This document shows, piece by piece, positions 20,884-31,298 of a stretch of DNA of 64,000 bases. The stretch spans positions 183,775-247,774 of the forward strand of contig CAWGRT010000008.1 of the NCBI GenBank assembly GCA_963825035.1, read 5' to 3'. A model generated the notes under the pieces. That model saw only the letters and a list, made by a program, of their open reading frames with translations, did not search any database and was not told the origin of the DNA. The position numbers and the translations under genes were made by a program. Position 1 is the stretch's first letter, and every line of letters begins with the position of its first letter. The DNA is from Candidatus Krumholzibacteriia bacterium (GTDB taxonomy: Bacteria > Krumholzibacteriota > Krumholzibacteriia > LZORAL124-64-63).

Positions 20884-22225
20884 TCAACCGCCCAGGACGC
20901 GGCGGCCGAACTCCTGGAGTCCGCCGGCGGCGTTGATCTGCTTCATCATCCGCCGCATGTCCCGGTACTGCTTCAGCAGCTTGTTGACCTGCGAGACGTT
21001 CGTCCCGCTGCCGCGGGCAATGCGCTTGCGCCGCGAACCGTTGATGATGTCGGGCCGGCGCCGCTCCTGCAGCGTCATCGAGTTGATGATCGCCTCGACG
21101 CGGGCCAGCTGGCCGTCGTCCACCTTGGCCTTGTCCAGCACGCCGGTGTTCATGCCCGGCAGCATGCCCAGGACGCCCTTCAGGGAACCCATCCGCTTCA
21201 TCTGCCGGATCTGCCGGTGGAAGTCCTCCAGGGTGAACTGTCCGTCGGCGAAGCGGGAGGCCAGCTCCTCCGCCTCGCCCATGTCCATCTTCTCCTCGGC
21301 CTGCTCGATCAGGGTGAGCACGTCGCCCATGCCCAGGATGCGGCCGGCCATGCGCTCGGGGTGGAAGACCTCCAGGTCCTCCAGCTTCTCGCCCACGCCG
21401 CACAGCTTGACCGGGCGGCCGGTCACCTCCAGCACGCTGAGGGCGGCGCCGCCGCGGGCGTCGCCGTCCAGCTTGGTCAGCACGGCGCCGTCGAAGTCCA
21501 GGCGCTCGGCGAAGGTCGTTGGCGATGTTCACGGCCTCCTGGCCGGTCATCGCGTCCAGCACCAGCAGCTTCTCGTCCATCGGCACGGTCTTGACGATGG
21601 ACTCGAGCTCGCTCATGAGCTCGTCGTCGATGTGCAGGCGGCCCGCGGTGTCGACGATCAGCACGTCGCACTTGTTGTCGCGGGCGCGGCGCTGGCCCAG
21701 CTTGACGATCTGCGCGGCGTTGCGGCGCTCGCGGTCGCTGTGCACCGGCACGCCGATGCGTCGCCGATCACGTGCAGCTGGTCGATGGCGGCGGGACGGT
21801 AGATGTCCGCCGCCACCAGCATGGGGCTGCGCCCCTCGTTCTTCAGCTTCAGCGCCAGCTTGCCGCAGAAGGTGGTCTTGCCCGAGCCCTGCAGGCCCAT
21901 GACCATGACCGTCGCGGGATCCTTGCCCCCGGTCGGCAGGTTCAGCTCGGCCGCCTGGCCGCCCAGCAGCTCGGTCAGCTCGTCGTGGACGATCTTGCAC
22001 CACCTGCTGCGCCGGCGTGAGGCTGCCCAGCACCTCCTGGCCCAGGGCCTGCTCGCCGATGGAGGACACCAGCTTCTTGGCCACGCCGTAGTTGACGTCG
22101 GCCTCGAGCAGGGCCATGCGCACCTCGCGCAGGGCCTCCTTGATGTTGTCCTCGGTCAGACGCTCGCTGCCGGCCAGCTTCTTCATGGCCTGGTCGAGGC
22201 GTCTGGTCAGGTCCTGGAACACGGG
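20884..22225 (-). CDS. ffh: Signal recognition particle protein Ffh. At least 3 frameshifts.
   Basis: GTG start; [48 protein letters not shown]-domain [45 protein letters not shown]-domain [16 protein letters not shown]...[14 protein letters not shown]...[17 protein letters not shown]. Confidence 0.88.
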
Positions 22226-22628
22226 CTCTTTCCTTCTCCATCCCGCGGCACGGACACGCCGCCCGCGGTAAGAACCGCGCGCACAACAACACGACGGCGG
22301 ACCCATGGCCCGCCATCCGTTGCGCGCAGGACGGGAAAACTAACATTTTGCGGGGGTTTTTGGCAAGAAGTCGCCGACGGGCGGCCGCCGCCGCGGGTCC
22401 GGCCCTCCGGCGCGAACGGCCCGCGCGGGGCCTGCCGTTCGCGGCCCCCCGGGGGGCACCGCCCACCCAACCTGCACAATGGCAAAGCGTTGCATACTCA
22501 GCGGTTCCGATCGCCCGCCGCGCGGGCGGCGGCCCGCGCCCCTCCGCGACCTATCATGGGGCTTTCCGGTCAGCCACTCACCGGCCGCCCGGCCGTCGAT
22601 CTTCAGGGAGGATCCCGTGTACATCGCC

Positions 22629-22919
22629 ATGAACCGCTTCCGCATCGCGCCCGGGCGCGAGGACGTCTTCGAGAACATCTGGCGCGAGCGCAACTCGTAC
22701 CTGGACACGGTGCCCGGCTTCAAGGAGTTCCACCTGCTGCGGGGCGCCCCCGGCGAGGAGTTCACCATGTTCGTGTCCCACTCGGTGTGGGCGTCGCAGG
22801 CGGCCTTCACGGCCTGGACCGATTCCGACGCCTTCCGCCAGGCCCACGGCCAGGCGCGTTCGCCCGAGGGCACGATGCTGGGGCATCCCCAGTTCGAGGG
22901 CTACGAGGTGGTGCTGTAA
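22629..22919 (+). CDS. Antibiotic-biosynthesis-monooxygenase (ABM)-like small protein.
   Basis: ATG at 22629. MNRFRIAPGREDVFENIWRERNSYLDTVPGFKEFHLLRGAPGEEFTMFVSHSVWASQAAFTAWTDSDAFRQAH; TAA at 22917. The 5' extension in the ORF track is probably leader sequence. Confidence 0.6.
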   Translation: MNRFRIAPGREDVFENIWRERNSYLDTVPGFKEFHLLRGAPGEEFTMFVSHSVWASQAAFTAWTDSDAFRQAHGQARSPEGTMLGHPQFEGYEVVL

Positions 22920-22925
22920 CAGTCG

Positions 22926-23550
22926 CTACCGATAGAGGGCCTTGACGCCGCCCCAGGTGGACGGCGCGTCGGGCACGACGCCCTCCCAGGAGACCAGCCC
23001 CTCGACCGGGCCGAGTTGAGGATGGAGCCAGTAGACGAAGTCCCGGTTCAGTTGGGGCTTCTGGACGCACTGCCGGACGATCCGCACCTGCATCACCTCG
23101 AACGTGCCCGCCGGCACGGTGACGGTGGCCGGCCCGACGACTGTGCCGATGACCGTCACCGGCACCGGGTCTTCGTAGCCCCACAGCGCCGTGGTCATCG
23201 TGTCGGACCGCCAGGTCTTGCCGGCAGTCAAGGGGAAGTCGAGCAGCAGGTAGGGCGGGTCGAAGTAGGTGATGTCCGGGTCGGGACAGGCGCTGCAGCC
23301 GCCACCCTCCTCGGCCTTGAGGACGTCGCCGCCTTCGGTCACCGCGAACCGTTCGAAGCTTGAGAACCAGAATGTCCCGCTCCCGGTGACGTGGGCCCTC
23401 GTGAACGACACCGGCCCGCCCCCGATGGTCACCTCGCCCGACGTGTACTCGAACACCGGTCCGGCGTCGGAAGGGAAGTACGTGACCGCGGCCGCGGAGC
23501 CGGCCATCAGCATCACGCTCAACGGGACATACAGGAACCGGCGGCTCATG
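22926..23550 (-). CDS. Secreted hypothetical protein of ~205 aa with a signal peptide.
   Basis: MSRRFLYVPLSVMLMAGSAAAVTYFP...FDPPYLLLDFPLTAGKTWRSDTMTTALWGYEDPVPVTVIGTVVGPATVTVPAGTFEVMQVRIVRQ. No family recognised. Confidence 0.55.
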
Positions 23551-23619
23551 GCGGACTCCCGGTGGGAACCATAGGCATCGCGATATCCAGGATAGTCTAC
23601 CGTCTGCCGGGACCCGGCG

Positions 23620-24265
23620 TCAATCCACCCCGCCCCGCAGCGCCGCGATCCGCGCCGCCCGGTCCTCGGCCCCGAACAGCCAGCTGCCCGAGACCAGGAT
23701 GTCCGCCCCCGCCTCGCGGCAGGTGCGGCCGGTGTCGGCGTTGATGCCGCCGTCCACGCTGATGAGGTAGTCGCCGGCGCCCTCGGCGCGGCGCCGGGCC
23801 AGGGTCGGCGATCTTCTCCACCCCGGCGTCGTTGAACGCCTGCCCGCCGAAGCCCGGCTGCACCGTCATCACCAGCACCAGGTCCACCTGGTCCAGCCAC
23901 GGCGTCACCGCGGCCAGGTCGGTGCCCGGGTTCAGCGAGATGCCCCGCCGCAGGCCCAGGTCGCCGATGCGGGCCAGGGTCTCCCGCAGCGGCGCGTCGC
24001 TCTCGGTGTGGATGGTCAGCGCGTCCACCCCCGCGGCGGCGAACGGCTCCAGGTACTGCTCGGGATTGGTGAGCATGAGGTGGGCGTCCAGGGGCAGGTC
24101 CGTCACCCGGCGGATGGCCTTGCCCACCGCCGGCCCGATGGTCAGGTTCGGCACGAAGTGGCCGTCCATCACGTCCAGGTGCAGCAGGTCGCAGCCCGCC
24201 GCGGTCATGGACGCGATGTCGTCGGCCAGGTGGGCGAAGTCCGACGACAGCAGGGACGGCGCCGA
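23620..24265 (-). CDS. rpe: Ribulose-phosphate 3-epimerase. Frameshift near 23800; the start codon is unclear.
   Basis: PSLLSSDFAHLADDIASMTAAGCDLLHLDVMDGHFVPNLTIGPAVGKAI...VMTVQPGFGGQAFNDAGVEKIA, then LARRRAEGAGDYLISVDGGINADTGRTCREAGADILVSGSWLFGAEDRAARIAALRGG in a second frame. Confidence 0.82.
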
Positions 24266-24279
24266 CCCAGGCCGTGCCG

Positions 24280-25009
24280 TCAGCGGGACGAGGCAACCAG
24301 CTCAAGACGGTCTCCCTTCGCGATGCGGTGGCCGGCGGGCGGATCCTGTTCGATGACCGTGTTGGGCGCCACGCGCCCCGGTGCGCTCGAAGCGCACCGG
24401 CCCCAGCACGAAGCCCGCCGCGGCGATGGCCTGGCGCGCCCGGTACATGGGCACCCCCACCAGGTTGGGCATGCGCAGCAGCTGGGCCGGCGCCGGCTCG
24501 GCCACCACCAGGTCCACCGGCGGCACCCTTGTAGGTCTCGGTGCCCTCGATCGGGATTCTGGTAGGCCACCACCGGCTCGGTGACCCCGGACGCGGCGGA
24601 TGCGCAGGACCCGGCCCAGGCGGTAGTTCTCGCGCTGCAGGGTGATCTCGGCCTGGCGCAGGGACAGGCCCGCCAGCCGCGGCAGCGCGCCGGCAGGCGG
24701 ACCGCTGCTGGTGATCACGCTGACCAGGCGCCCGCCCCGCACCCGCGCGTCCGGCGGCGGCAGCTGGTCCAGGATCAGGCCCTCGGCCACGGTGGGATGG
24801 GGCCGCTGCCGGGCCACCGCCACCTCCAGCCCCATGGGCTGCAGCTGCTTGATGGCCTGGCCCAGGGTCTCGCCCCGCACGTCGGGCATGACCACCACCT
24901 CGTTGTGGTGGACGATGGCCGGGATCACCAGGAAGTTGATCCCCAACACGGCGGCGCCCCCCGCGACGACGAGGGCGGCCAGCAGCAGCAGGAATTTCCA
25001 GAGTTTCAC
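24280..25009 (-). CDS. PASTA-domain membrane protein with three PASTA repeats. Frameshifted.
   Basis: MKLWKFLLLLAALVVAGGAAVLGINF..VVMPDVRGETLGQAIKQLQPMGLEV..LPRLAGLSLRQAEITLQRENYRLG..MPNLVGVPMYRARQAIAAAGFVLGPV...VAPNTVIEQDPPAGHRIAKGDRLELVASSR. Confidence 0.65.
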
Positions 25010-25036
25010 CGGGCACGCGTCCTTTGTCGGTCGGCG

Positions 25037-26411
25037 TCAGGCCGTGCGGCGCAGCCGCGCCGCGAAGAAGCCGTCCCCCGCGGGGCGTCCGGGCAGCCAG
25101 GTGCGGCGCCAGGTCCCGTCGGCGTGGGGCAGCGGGGTCAAGGGTAAGCCGGAGGCCAGCAGCCTGTCCAGCACCTGCTCGTTCTCCTCGGGTTCCAGGC
25201 TGCAGGTGGCGTACCACAGGACACCGCCGGGACGCAGGAGTTCCGCAGCCTGCCGCGCCAGCTCGCCGAGCAGGCGCCCGTTGGCCGCCGGGGCGCCCTT
25301 CCCCAGGTGCAGCCGCGCGTCCGGGTGGTGACGCAGGACGCCCGTGCCGGAGCAGGGGCCGTCCAGGAGCACCGCGGCGAAGGCGCCGGGGGCGAAGGGC
25401 GGCGCCGTCCCGTCGGCCGCCACCAGCGCGGTCGGCCGCCCGCCCACCGCGGCCGTCGCCGCCTGCAGCAGGCGCAGGCGCGGGGCCTTCAGGTCGGCGG
25501 CCGACCAGCAGGTCGTGCCCGGGCAGGGCCGCGGCCAGTCGGCGGGTCTTGCCGCCGGGAGCCGCGCACAGGTCCAGCACCGGACCGGCGGGCGAACCGG
25601 CATCCTCCAGCAGCCAGGTGGTGGCCCGCTGCACGTTGGGGTCCTGCACCAGCAGGTCGGGGAACCGGGCCAGCAGGTCGGCGATGGCCGCCCGGTCCGG
25701 CCGCCCGTCGCAGACCAGGATGCGCCGATCGTCGTCCGCCGGGGTCACCGGGCAACCGGCCGCGACCAGGTCGGCGGCCGCGGCGTCGGGATCGGCCGGT
25801 GCCAGGACCCGGAAGGCCGGCGGGGCCGGGCGATTGTTCCAGGCCAGGATGGCGGCGGTGTCCTCGGCGCCGAAGCGGCGCAGCCAGCGGTCCACCAGCC
25901 AGCGGGGGTGGGCGTGCCAGGCGGCCAGCCAGGCCGGGCTGCCCTCGGCCAGGTCGGCGAAGGCCCCGCGCAGGCGCGCCTCGCGGCCGGCGGCGTCCAC
26001 GGTGTCGTCGGGGCGCAGTTCACGCCGCGCCGCCTGCAGCAGGCCGTTGACGAACCCCACCAGCCGGGGCGCGCCGGCGGCGCGGCACAGTTCGCCCGCC
26101 TGGTGCACGGCCGCGTAGGGCGGCACCTGGTCCAGGGCCACCAGCTGATGGAAAGCCAGGCGCAGCACCGCCAGCAGGCGCGGATCGGTGGGCGCCTTGC
26201 GGCGGGCGTAGCGCGCGATCAGGTGGTCGTAGCGCCGCTGCCACTGGAGCGTGCCGCGCACCAGTTCGGCCAGGAAGGCCCGGTCGCGGGGGTCGGCGCC
26301 GGCGGCCCGCAGGTCGTCCAGGGCTCCGTCCAGCAGCAGGTCCAGGGAGCCGCCGTCGTCCACCTGCAGCAGCAGGTCCAGGGCCCGGCGGCGGACGGGA
26401 TCGGCCTTCAC
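25037..26411 (-). CDS. rsmB: 16S rRNA (cytosine967-C5)-methyltransferase RsmB/Sun. Frameshift near 25600.
   Basis: NusB-like N-terminus (RRRALDLLLQVDDGGSLD..FLAELVRGTLQWQRRYDHLI). MTase core DLCAAPGGKT. C-terminus FAAVLLDGPCSGTGVLRHHPDARL..GGVLWYATCSLEPEENEQV. The GTG start at 26411 overlaps the fmt stop (GTGA). Confidence 0.82.
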
Positions 26412-27343
26412 GAGCGCAGCACGTCCCCGGGCACGATGGCGAAGCCCCGCAGGAAGGCGGCCACCGGCAGGGGCTTCTTCCCCGGCACCTGCAGGCCCGT
26501 CAGCAGGACCGCGCCCTCGCCGCAGGCCACGACCACGCCGTCGTCGCCGCAGGACAGCACGGTCCCCGGCGTGCGGCCGGTCGTGTGCATGGTGCAGGGG
26601 CGCGCCTCGGTGACCTTCAGGAGTTGCTCGCCCAGGTAGGTGTTGGTCCCGGGCCAGGGGGCCAGGGCCCGGATCTGGTTGTGGACCGTGACGCAGTGGC
26701 GGTCCCAACGCACCGCCGAGAGGGTGCGGGTCAGCTTGGGGGCGTAGACGGCTCCGTCGTCGGTCTGGGGCCGGGGCACCACCTGGTCGTTGCCCAGGCG
26801 GCGCAGGGTGTGGATGAGCAGGTCGGCCCCCTGGCCCGCCAGCCGGTCCAGGAGTTCGCCCGCCGTGTCCTCCGGACCGATGCCCACGCTGCGTTCGGCC
26901 AGCACCGGGCCCGTGTCGACGCCCTCGTCCATGCGCATGATCGTCACGCCCGTCCAGCTGTCCCCGTGCATGACGGCGTATTGCACCGGCGAGACGCCGC
27001 GCCAGCGGGGCAGCAGACTGGCGTGGACGTTGATGCAGCCGTAGGGCGGGCCCGAGAGCAGAGGCTCGCGCAGGATGTGGCCGAAGGCCACCACCACCAC
27101 CGCGTCGGGCTGCTCGGCCAGCACCGCCGCGGTCACCGCCTTGCGGTCGCCCTTGCCGAAGTCGATGACCGGCAGGCCGTGGCCCTGCGCGGCGGCCTTG
27201 ACCGCCGTGGGCAGCAGCTTGCGGCCGCGGCCGGCGCCGCGGTCGGGCTGGGTCACCACCAGGCGCACGTCGAAGCGGGCCTCCACCAGGGCGTCCAGCG
27301 ACGGCACGGCGAAGTCCGGCGAACCCATGAACACGATGCGCAT
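26408..27343 (-). CDS. fmt: Methionyl-tRNA formyltransferase. Reads intact (312 aa).
   Basis: MRIVFMGSPDFAVPSLDALVEARFDVRLVVTQPDR..GCINVHASLLPRWRGVSPVQYAVMHGDSWTGVTIMRMDEGVDTGPVL. Confidence 0.9.
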   Translation of the reverse strand: MRIVFMGSPDFAVPSLDALVEARFDVRLVVTQPDRGAGRGRKLLPTAVKAAAQGHGLPVIDFGKGDRKAVTAAVLAEQPDAVVVVAFGHILREPLLSGPPYGCINVHASLLPRWRGVSPVQYAVMHGDSWTGVTIMRMDEGVDTGPVLAERSVGIGPEDTAGELLDRLAGQGADLLIHTLRRLGNDQVVPRPQTDDGAVYAPKLTRTLSAVRWDRHCVTVHNQIRALAPWPGTNTYLGEQLLKVTEARPCTMHTTGRTPGTVLSCGDDGVVVACGEGAVLLTGLQVPGKKPLPVAAFLRGFAIVPGDVLRS

Positions 27344-27345
27344 CG

Positions 27346-27882
27346 TCAATCCCCCCTCCCGGCGAACAGGGCCCGCAGCCGCAGCCAGAGCAGGCGCGGC
27401 AGCAGGGTCAGGCGCCGGGCACGCCCCACCCGGTCGATGAACAGCACGCCGTCCAGGTGGTCCACCTCGTGCTGCACGATGCGGGCCACCAGGCCCTCGT
27501 CGCGCAGCGTCCGGGTGCCGCCGTCGGCGGTCTCCCAGCGGATCTCCGCACCGCGGGCCCGCACCACCTTCATGTAGAGGCCCGGGAAGGAGAGGCAACC
27601 CTCCTCGAAGGGCTCCCGCGGGCCGAAGGTGCCGCTGACCACCGGGTTGATCAGGTCGAGCCGCTGCTTGCCCGCCGGCTGCTGCGGGTCGCGCACCACC
27701 ACCAGGCGCAGGTCGCAGCCCAGTTGGGGTGCCGCCAGCCCCACGCCGCCCTCGTCCCGCAGGCGTCGCCACATGGCGTCCAGCAGGTCGCGGGTCCCGG
27801 GGTCGGCCGCAGCCGCCGGCGCCGCCCGCCGACGCAGGCAGCGGCTGCCGTAGAGGCGGATCCGCGGCGGGGCAGCGGCCAA
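27346..27882 (-). CDS. def: Peptide deformylase. Reads intact.
   Basis: GVGLAAPQLG..LINPVV..EGCLSFPG..RIVQHEVDHLDGVLFIDR. Confidence 0.88.
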   Translation of the reverse strand: MAAAPPRIRLYGSRCLRRRAAPAAAADPGTRDLLDAMWRRLRDEGGVGLAAPQLGCDLRLVVVRDPQQPAGKQRLDLINPVVSGTFGPREPFEEGCLSFPGLYMKVVRARGAEIRWETADGGTRTLRDEGLVARIVQHEVDHLDGVLFIDRVGRARRLTLLPRLLWLRLRALFAGRGD

Positions 27883-27886
27883 GCGA

Positions 27887-28200
27887 CTATTCCTCGGGCA
27901 CGACGCCGCTGATGGCGGCCTTGCTGATCTCCACCTTCACGTTGTCGGCGATGGTGGCCACCACCCGGTCCCCCTTGACGTCGCTCACGATGGCGAAGAG
28001 GCCGCCGCTGGTGACGATCCGGTCGCCCCGCTTGAGGGCCTCGATCATGGCCTTGCGCTGGTCCTGCTGCTTCTTCTGGGGGCGGATGATCATGAACCAG
28101 AAGACCGCGAAGATCAGGATGATGGGCAGGAACTGATCAGGCCGGAACCGGCGCCGCCGCCCTCGGCGGGCGGGGAGGCCATGGCGAGGAAGGTCAGCAT
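27887..28200 (-). CDS. yajC: Preprotein translocase subunit YajC. One frameshift in the N-terminal region.
   Basis: ATG at 28200 preceded by GGAGAG. MLTFLAMASPP... then FLPIILIFAVFWFMIIRPQKKQQDQRKAMIEALKRGDRIVTSGGLFAIVSDVKGDRVVATIADNVKVEISKAAI. Confidence 0.8.
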
Positions 28201-28284
28201 GCGTCTCTCCTTGCAGGGGCGCTGGCCGGATCGCCTGCGGCGGCCGGGCCCCTCGTGTCGAAACTCGCGGGCTACCAAGATGCA

Positions 28285-29530
28285 TCAAGGCCGCGGTGCA
28301 GGCAAGCCCCGGCGCCTCAGCACTGCCCCGGCGGCGCACGTCCTCCAGGCGGCGCCGTTCGCCCTCGCGTCCAGCGGCCGGCCACCGCCCGGGCGTAGGC
28401 CGCGAAGCGATCCGGCGGCGATGGCCGCGCGGATGCCCGCCATCAGTTCCTGGTAGAAGTGCAGGTTGTGGATGGTGGCCAGGGTCGGCCCCAGGATCTC
28501 GCGGGCCTGGAACAGGTGGCGGAGGTAGCGGCGGCGAGTGGCGGGCGCACACGGGGCAGCCGCACTCCGGCGTCCAGGGGCGCCGGGTCCTCGGCGTACT
28601 CCTGGTTCTTGACCACCAGCCGACCGTCGCGGGTCAGCACCGTGCCGGTGCGGGCCATGCGCGTGGGCAGCACGCAGTCGAACATGTCCACGCCGGCGGC
28701 CACCGCGGCCAGGATGTCGTCGGGAAAGCCCACGCCCATCAGGTAGCGCGGCCGGTCGTCCGGCAGCAGGCCCGCCGCCAGTTCGGTCATCTCGCGCATG
28801 GCCGCGGTCGGCTCGCCCACCGAGAGGCCGCCGATGGCGTAGCCCGGCAGGTCGCAGGCCGTGACCTCGGCCGCCGAGCGCCGGCGCAGGGCCTCGTCGA
28901 CGCCCCCCTGCATGATGCCGAAGAGCACGCGCTCCCAGCCGTCGCGTTCGGTGCGCCCGCCGAAGACGTCCCGGCAGCGGCCCAGCCAGGCGGTGGTGCG
29001 GGCCACCGCCCGCTCCACCTCGCGTCGGTCGGCCCCGTAGGGTGCGCACTGGTCGAAGGCCATGACGATGTCCGAGCCCAGGGCCAGCTGCACCGCCATG
29101 CTCAGCTCGGGGCTGAAGAAGTGGCGGCTGCCGTCCAGGTGGGAGCGGAACTCGACACCGTCGTCGCCGACCTTGTTCAGCTCGCCCAGGGAGAAGACCT
29201 GGAAGCCCGCACTGTCGGTGAGCAGGGCGCCGTCCCAGCCCTGGAAACGGTGCAGGCCCCCGGCCCGGGCGATCAGTTCGTGGCCCGGCCGCAGGTACAG
29301 GTGGTAGGTGTTGCCCAGGATCAGGCGCGAGCCCGTGGCCCACACCTGCTCGAAGGTGGCGGCCTTGACCGAGCCCACCGTGCCCACGGGCATGAAGACG
29401 GGCGTGTCGACCGCGCCGTGGCCGGTGACCAGGCGGCCGCAGCGGGCGCGCCGTCTCCGTGGACCGGGCGCCGACCGTGAAGGCGAAGGGGGTGTCCAGG
29501 GCCGGGTTCGCTCACCGTGGCGTCTCCTCG
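28285..29530 (-). CDS. tgt: Queuine tRNA-ribosyltransferase. At least 2 frameshifts; the start is approximate.
   Basis: [49 protein letters not shown]...[10 protein letters not shown]...[64 protein letters not shown], then [40 protein letters not shown]. Confidence 0.82.
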
Positions 29531-30702
29531 CAGGCCCGGCAGGGCCAGCATGCAGTCGCCGTAGCTGTAGAAGCGCAGCCGCTGCGCCACGGCGTGGTCG
29601 TAGGTCTGGCGCCAGGCCGGGTCGCCCACCACCGCCGCCACCAGCATCAGCAGCGACGAGTCGGGCAGGTGGAAGTTGGTCAACAGGCCGTCGGCCCCGG
29701 TGACGGCGTCCGGCGGCGCCACGAACAGGCGCGTGGTGCCCTGCACCTCCCAGTGTCCGTCCCGGCGCTCGGCGCCGCCGGTGAAGACCGGGCGGCCGGC
29801 TGCCGACGGCACCGCCGGGCCACGCGCGATGGTCGGGGCCGCCGGCGGCCGGCAGCCCCAGGCGGGCCACCGTCTCCAGCACCCGCAGGCTGGTGGTGCC
29901 CACGGCGATCACGCGGCCGCCGGCGGCGCGGGTCGCCGCCACCGCCGCCGCGGTGGCGCAGGGCAAGGTGAAGGCCTCCGCGTGCAGGCGCCGCGCGGCG
30001 ATCTGGTCCGCCGACGGGGGCTGGAAAGTGCCCGGCCCCACGTGCAGGCGCACGCGGGCCGTGCCGATCCCGGCCGCGGCCAGCCGGTCCAGGACCGCCG
30101 CCGAGAAATGCAGGCCGGCCGTGGGCGCGGCCACCGAGCGCTCGGCCTCCGGGTCGGCGCGCCGCGTACACCGTCTGGTAGCGCTCGCGGTCGGCGGCGG
30201 CCCGCCGGTCGTCCGGCGGTCGCGCCGGATGTACGGCGGCAGGGGCATGACCCCGTGGCGCTCGGCCAGGAGCGCCGGGATCCTCGGCGGCGGTGACCGT
30301 CACCAGGCCGTCCTCGTCCCGGCCGACCACGGCCAGTCCGGGCCCTTCGCCCGCGCCGGGGATCTCCACCCGCAGTTCCAGCCCCGCCCGCAGGCGGCGG
30401 GCCGGGCGCGCCATGGCCAGCCACGTCCGCGGCGCCGCGGCCGGCTGCACCAGCAGGATCTCCACCTGGCCGCCCGTGTCGGCCCGGCGGGTGAAGAGCC
30501 GCGCCGGCAGCACCCGGCTCTCGTTCAGCACCAGCAGGTCGCCCGGTGCGCAGCAGCGAGCGGCAGGTCGCGGAAGACCCGCTCCCCCACCGGCCCGCGG
30601 CCCGGCGCCACCAGCAGCAGGCGCGCGTCGCCGCGGCGGGCCGCCGGTTCCTGGGCGATCAGCTCCTGGGGCAGATCGAAATGGTAGGCGGTGTCGGTCA
30701 CG
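29530..30702 (-). CDS. queA: S-adenosylmethionine:tRNA ribosyltransferase-isomerase. Frameshifted; the C-terminal boundary with tgt is unresolved.
   Basis: GTG start at 30702 ([19 protein letters not shown]). [25 protein letters not shown]; ERYQTVYA; [35 protein letters not shown]; [12 protein letters not shown]. Confidence 0.78.
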
Positions 30703-30802
30703 GCACTCCGGCGGCGGGCCCGGAGGCCCCGGTTCGCGGTTGACGGGTGCCGTCAAACTAAGCGCCGCGACCGGGGCCGCCAAGAGCCAAACCGCTTCGC
30801 CG

Positions 30803-31173
30803 TCAGCGGAACAGGGCGAGGATGGCGCTCCAGGTGGTCGACTCGTTGGGCACGGTGCCGTGGTCGCCGGCGCTGCCGGGCAGGGTGCAGTCGAGCAGGA
30901 TCTCCTGCCCGTTGGTGTAGCCGTCGCCGTCCGAGTCGAGGCTCTCGATGGCGGGGCCGTTGCTGTTGCGGATGTCGTTGCCGTAGGCGTTGCGCGACGG
31001 CACGGAGGTGTGGCACAGGGTGCAGTTGTTGGCCGCGGCGACCAGGGTGCTGCAGGCGTCGGGGTAGGCGTTCAGCCACGCGTTGCGGTAGGTGCTGGTG
31101 GCATCGGCGCCGCGGGGCGCGACCATGAGCATGCAGCCTGCGAGGGCGACAGCGGCAAGGTGAGTCCGTTTCA
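30803..31173 (-). CDS. Small secreted c-type cytochrome-like protein. Has a signal peptide, a single CXXCH heme motif and an Asp-rich DSDGDGYTNGQE loop.
   Basis: ATG at 31173 preceded by AGGAGG. MKRTHLAAVALAGCMLMVAPRGADA...LVAAANNCTLCHTSVPSRNAYGNDIR...LDSDGDGYTNGQEILLDCTLPGSAGDHG. A promoter-like AT-rich island lies upstream. Confidence 0.6.
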
Positions 31174-31238
31174 TGACCGATTCCTCCTGAAGGTGGCCGG
31201 GCGTTGCCCGGTGGATGCTTCGCCGCTGCCCGGCAGCA

Positions 31239-31276
31239 CAAGTCATACCATACGCATGTGATCTTGTTATGGCAAA
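31239..31276 (-). promoter_or_regulatory. Sigma70-like promoter for the cytochrome-like gene (minus-strand reading TTGCCA-17 bp-TATGGT).
   Basis: AT-rich island in a 70% GC context, ~70 bp upstream of the ATG at 31173. The reverse complement reads TTGCCATAACAAGATCACATGCGTATGGT. Confidence 0.45.
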
Positions 31277-31298
31277 AACAATTTCGCGGATATGAAAC

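Noticed and set aside
22230-22628. A possible small RNA (for example SRP RNA) or riboswitch in the 400-bp ffh/ABM intergenic region
   Set aside because: No conserved 4.5S RNA or riboswitch core could be seen by eye. The AT-rich patch (ttgccaaaaacccccgcaaaatgttag on the minus strand) is more simply the ffh promoter. Worth a cmscan, but not supported.
22926-26708. A 1260-aa minus-strand ORF
   Set aside because: It is a composite of four separate genes (secreted hypothetical, rpe, PASTA protein, rsmB). Their true frames are interrupted by indels, and this one frame simply lacks stops because of GC richness.
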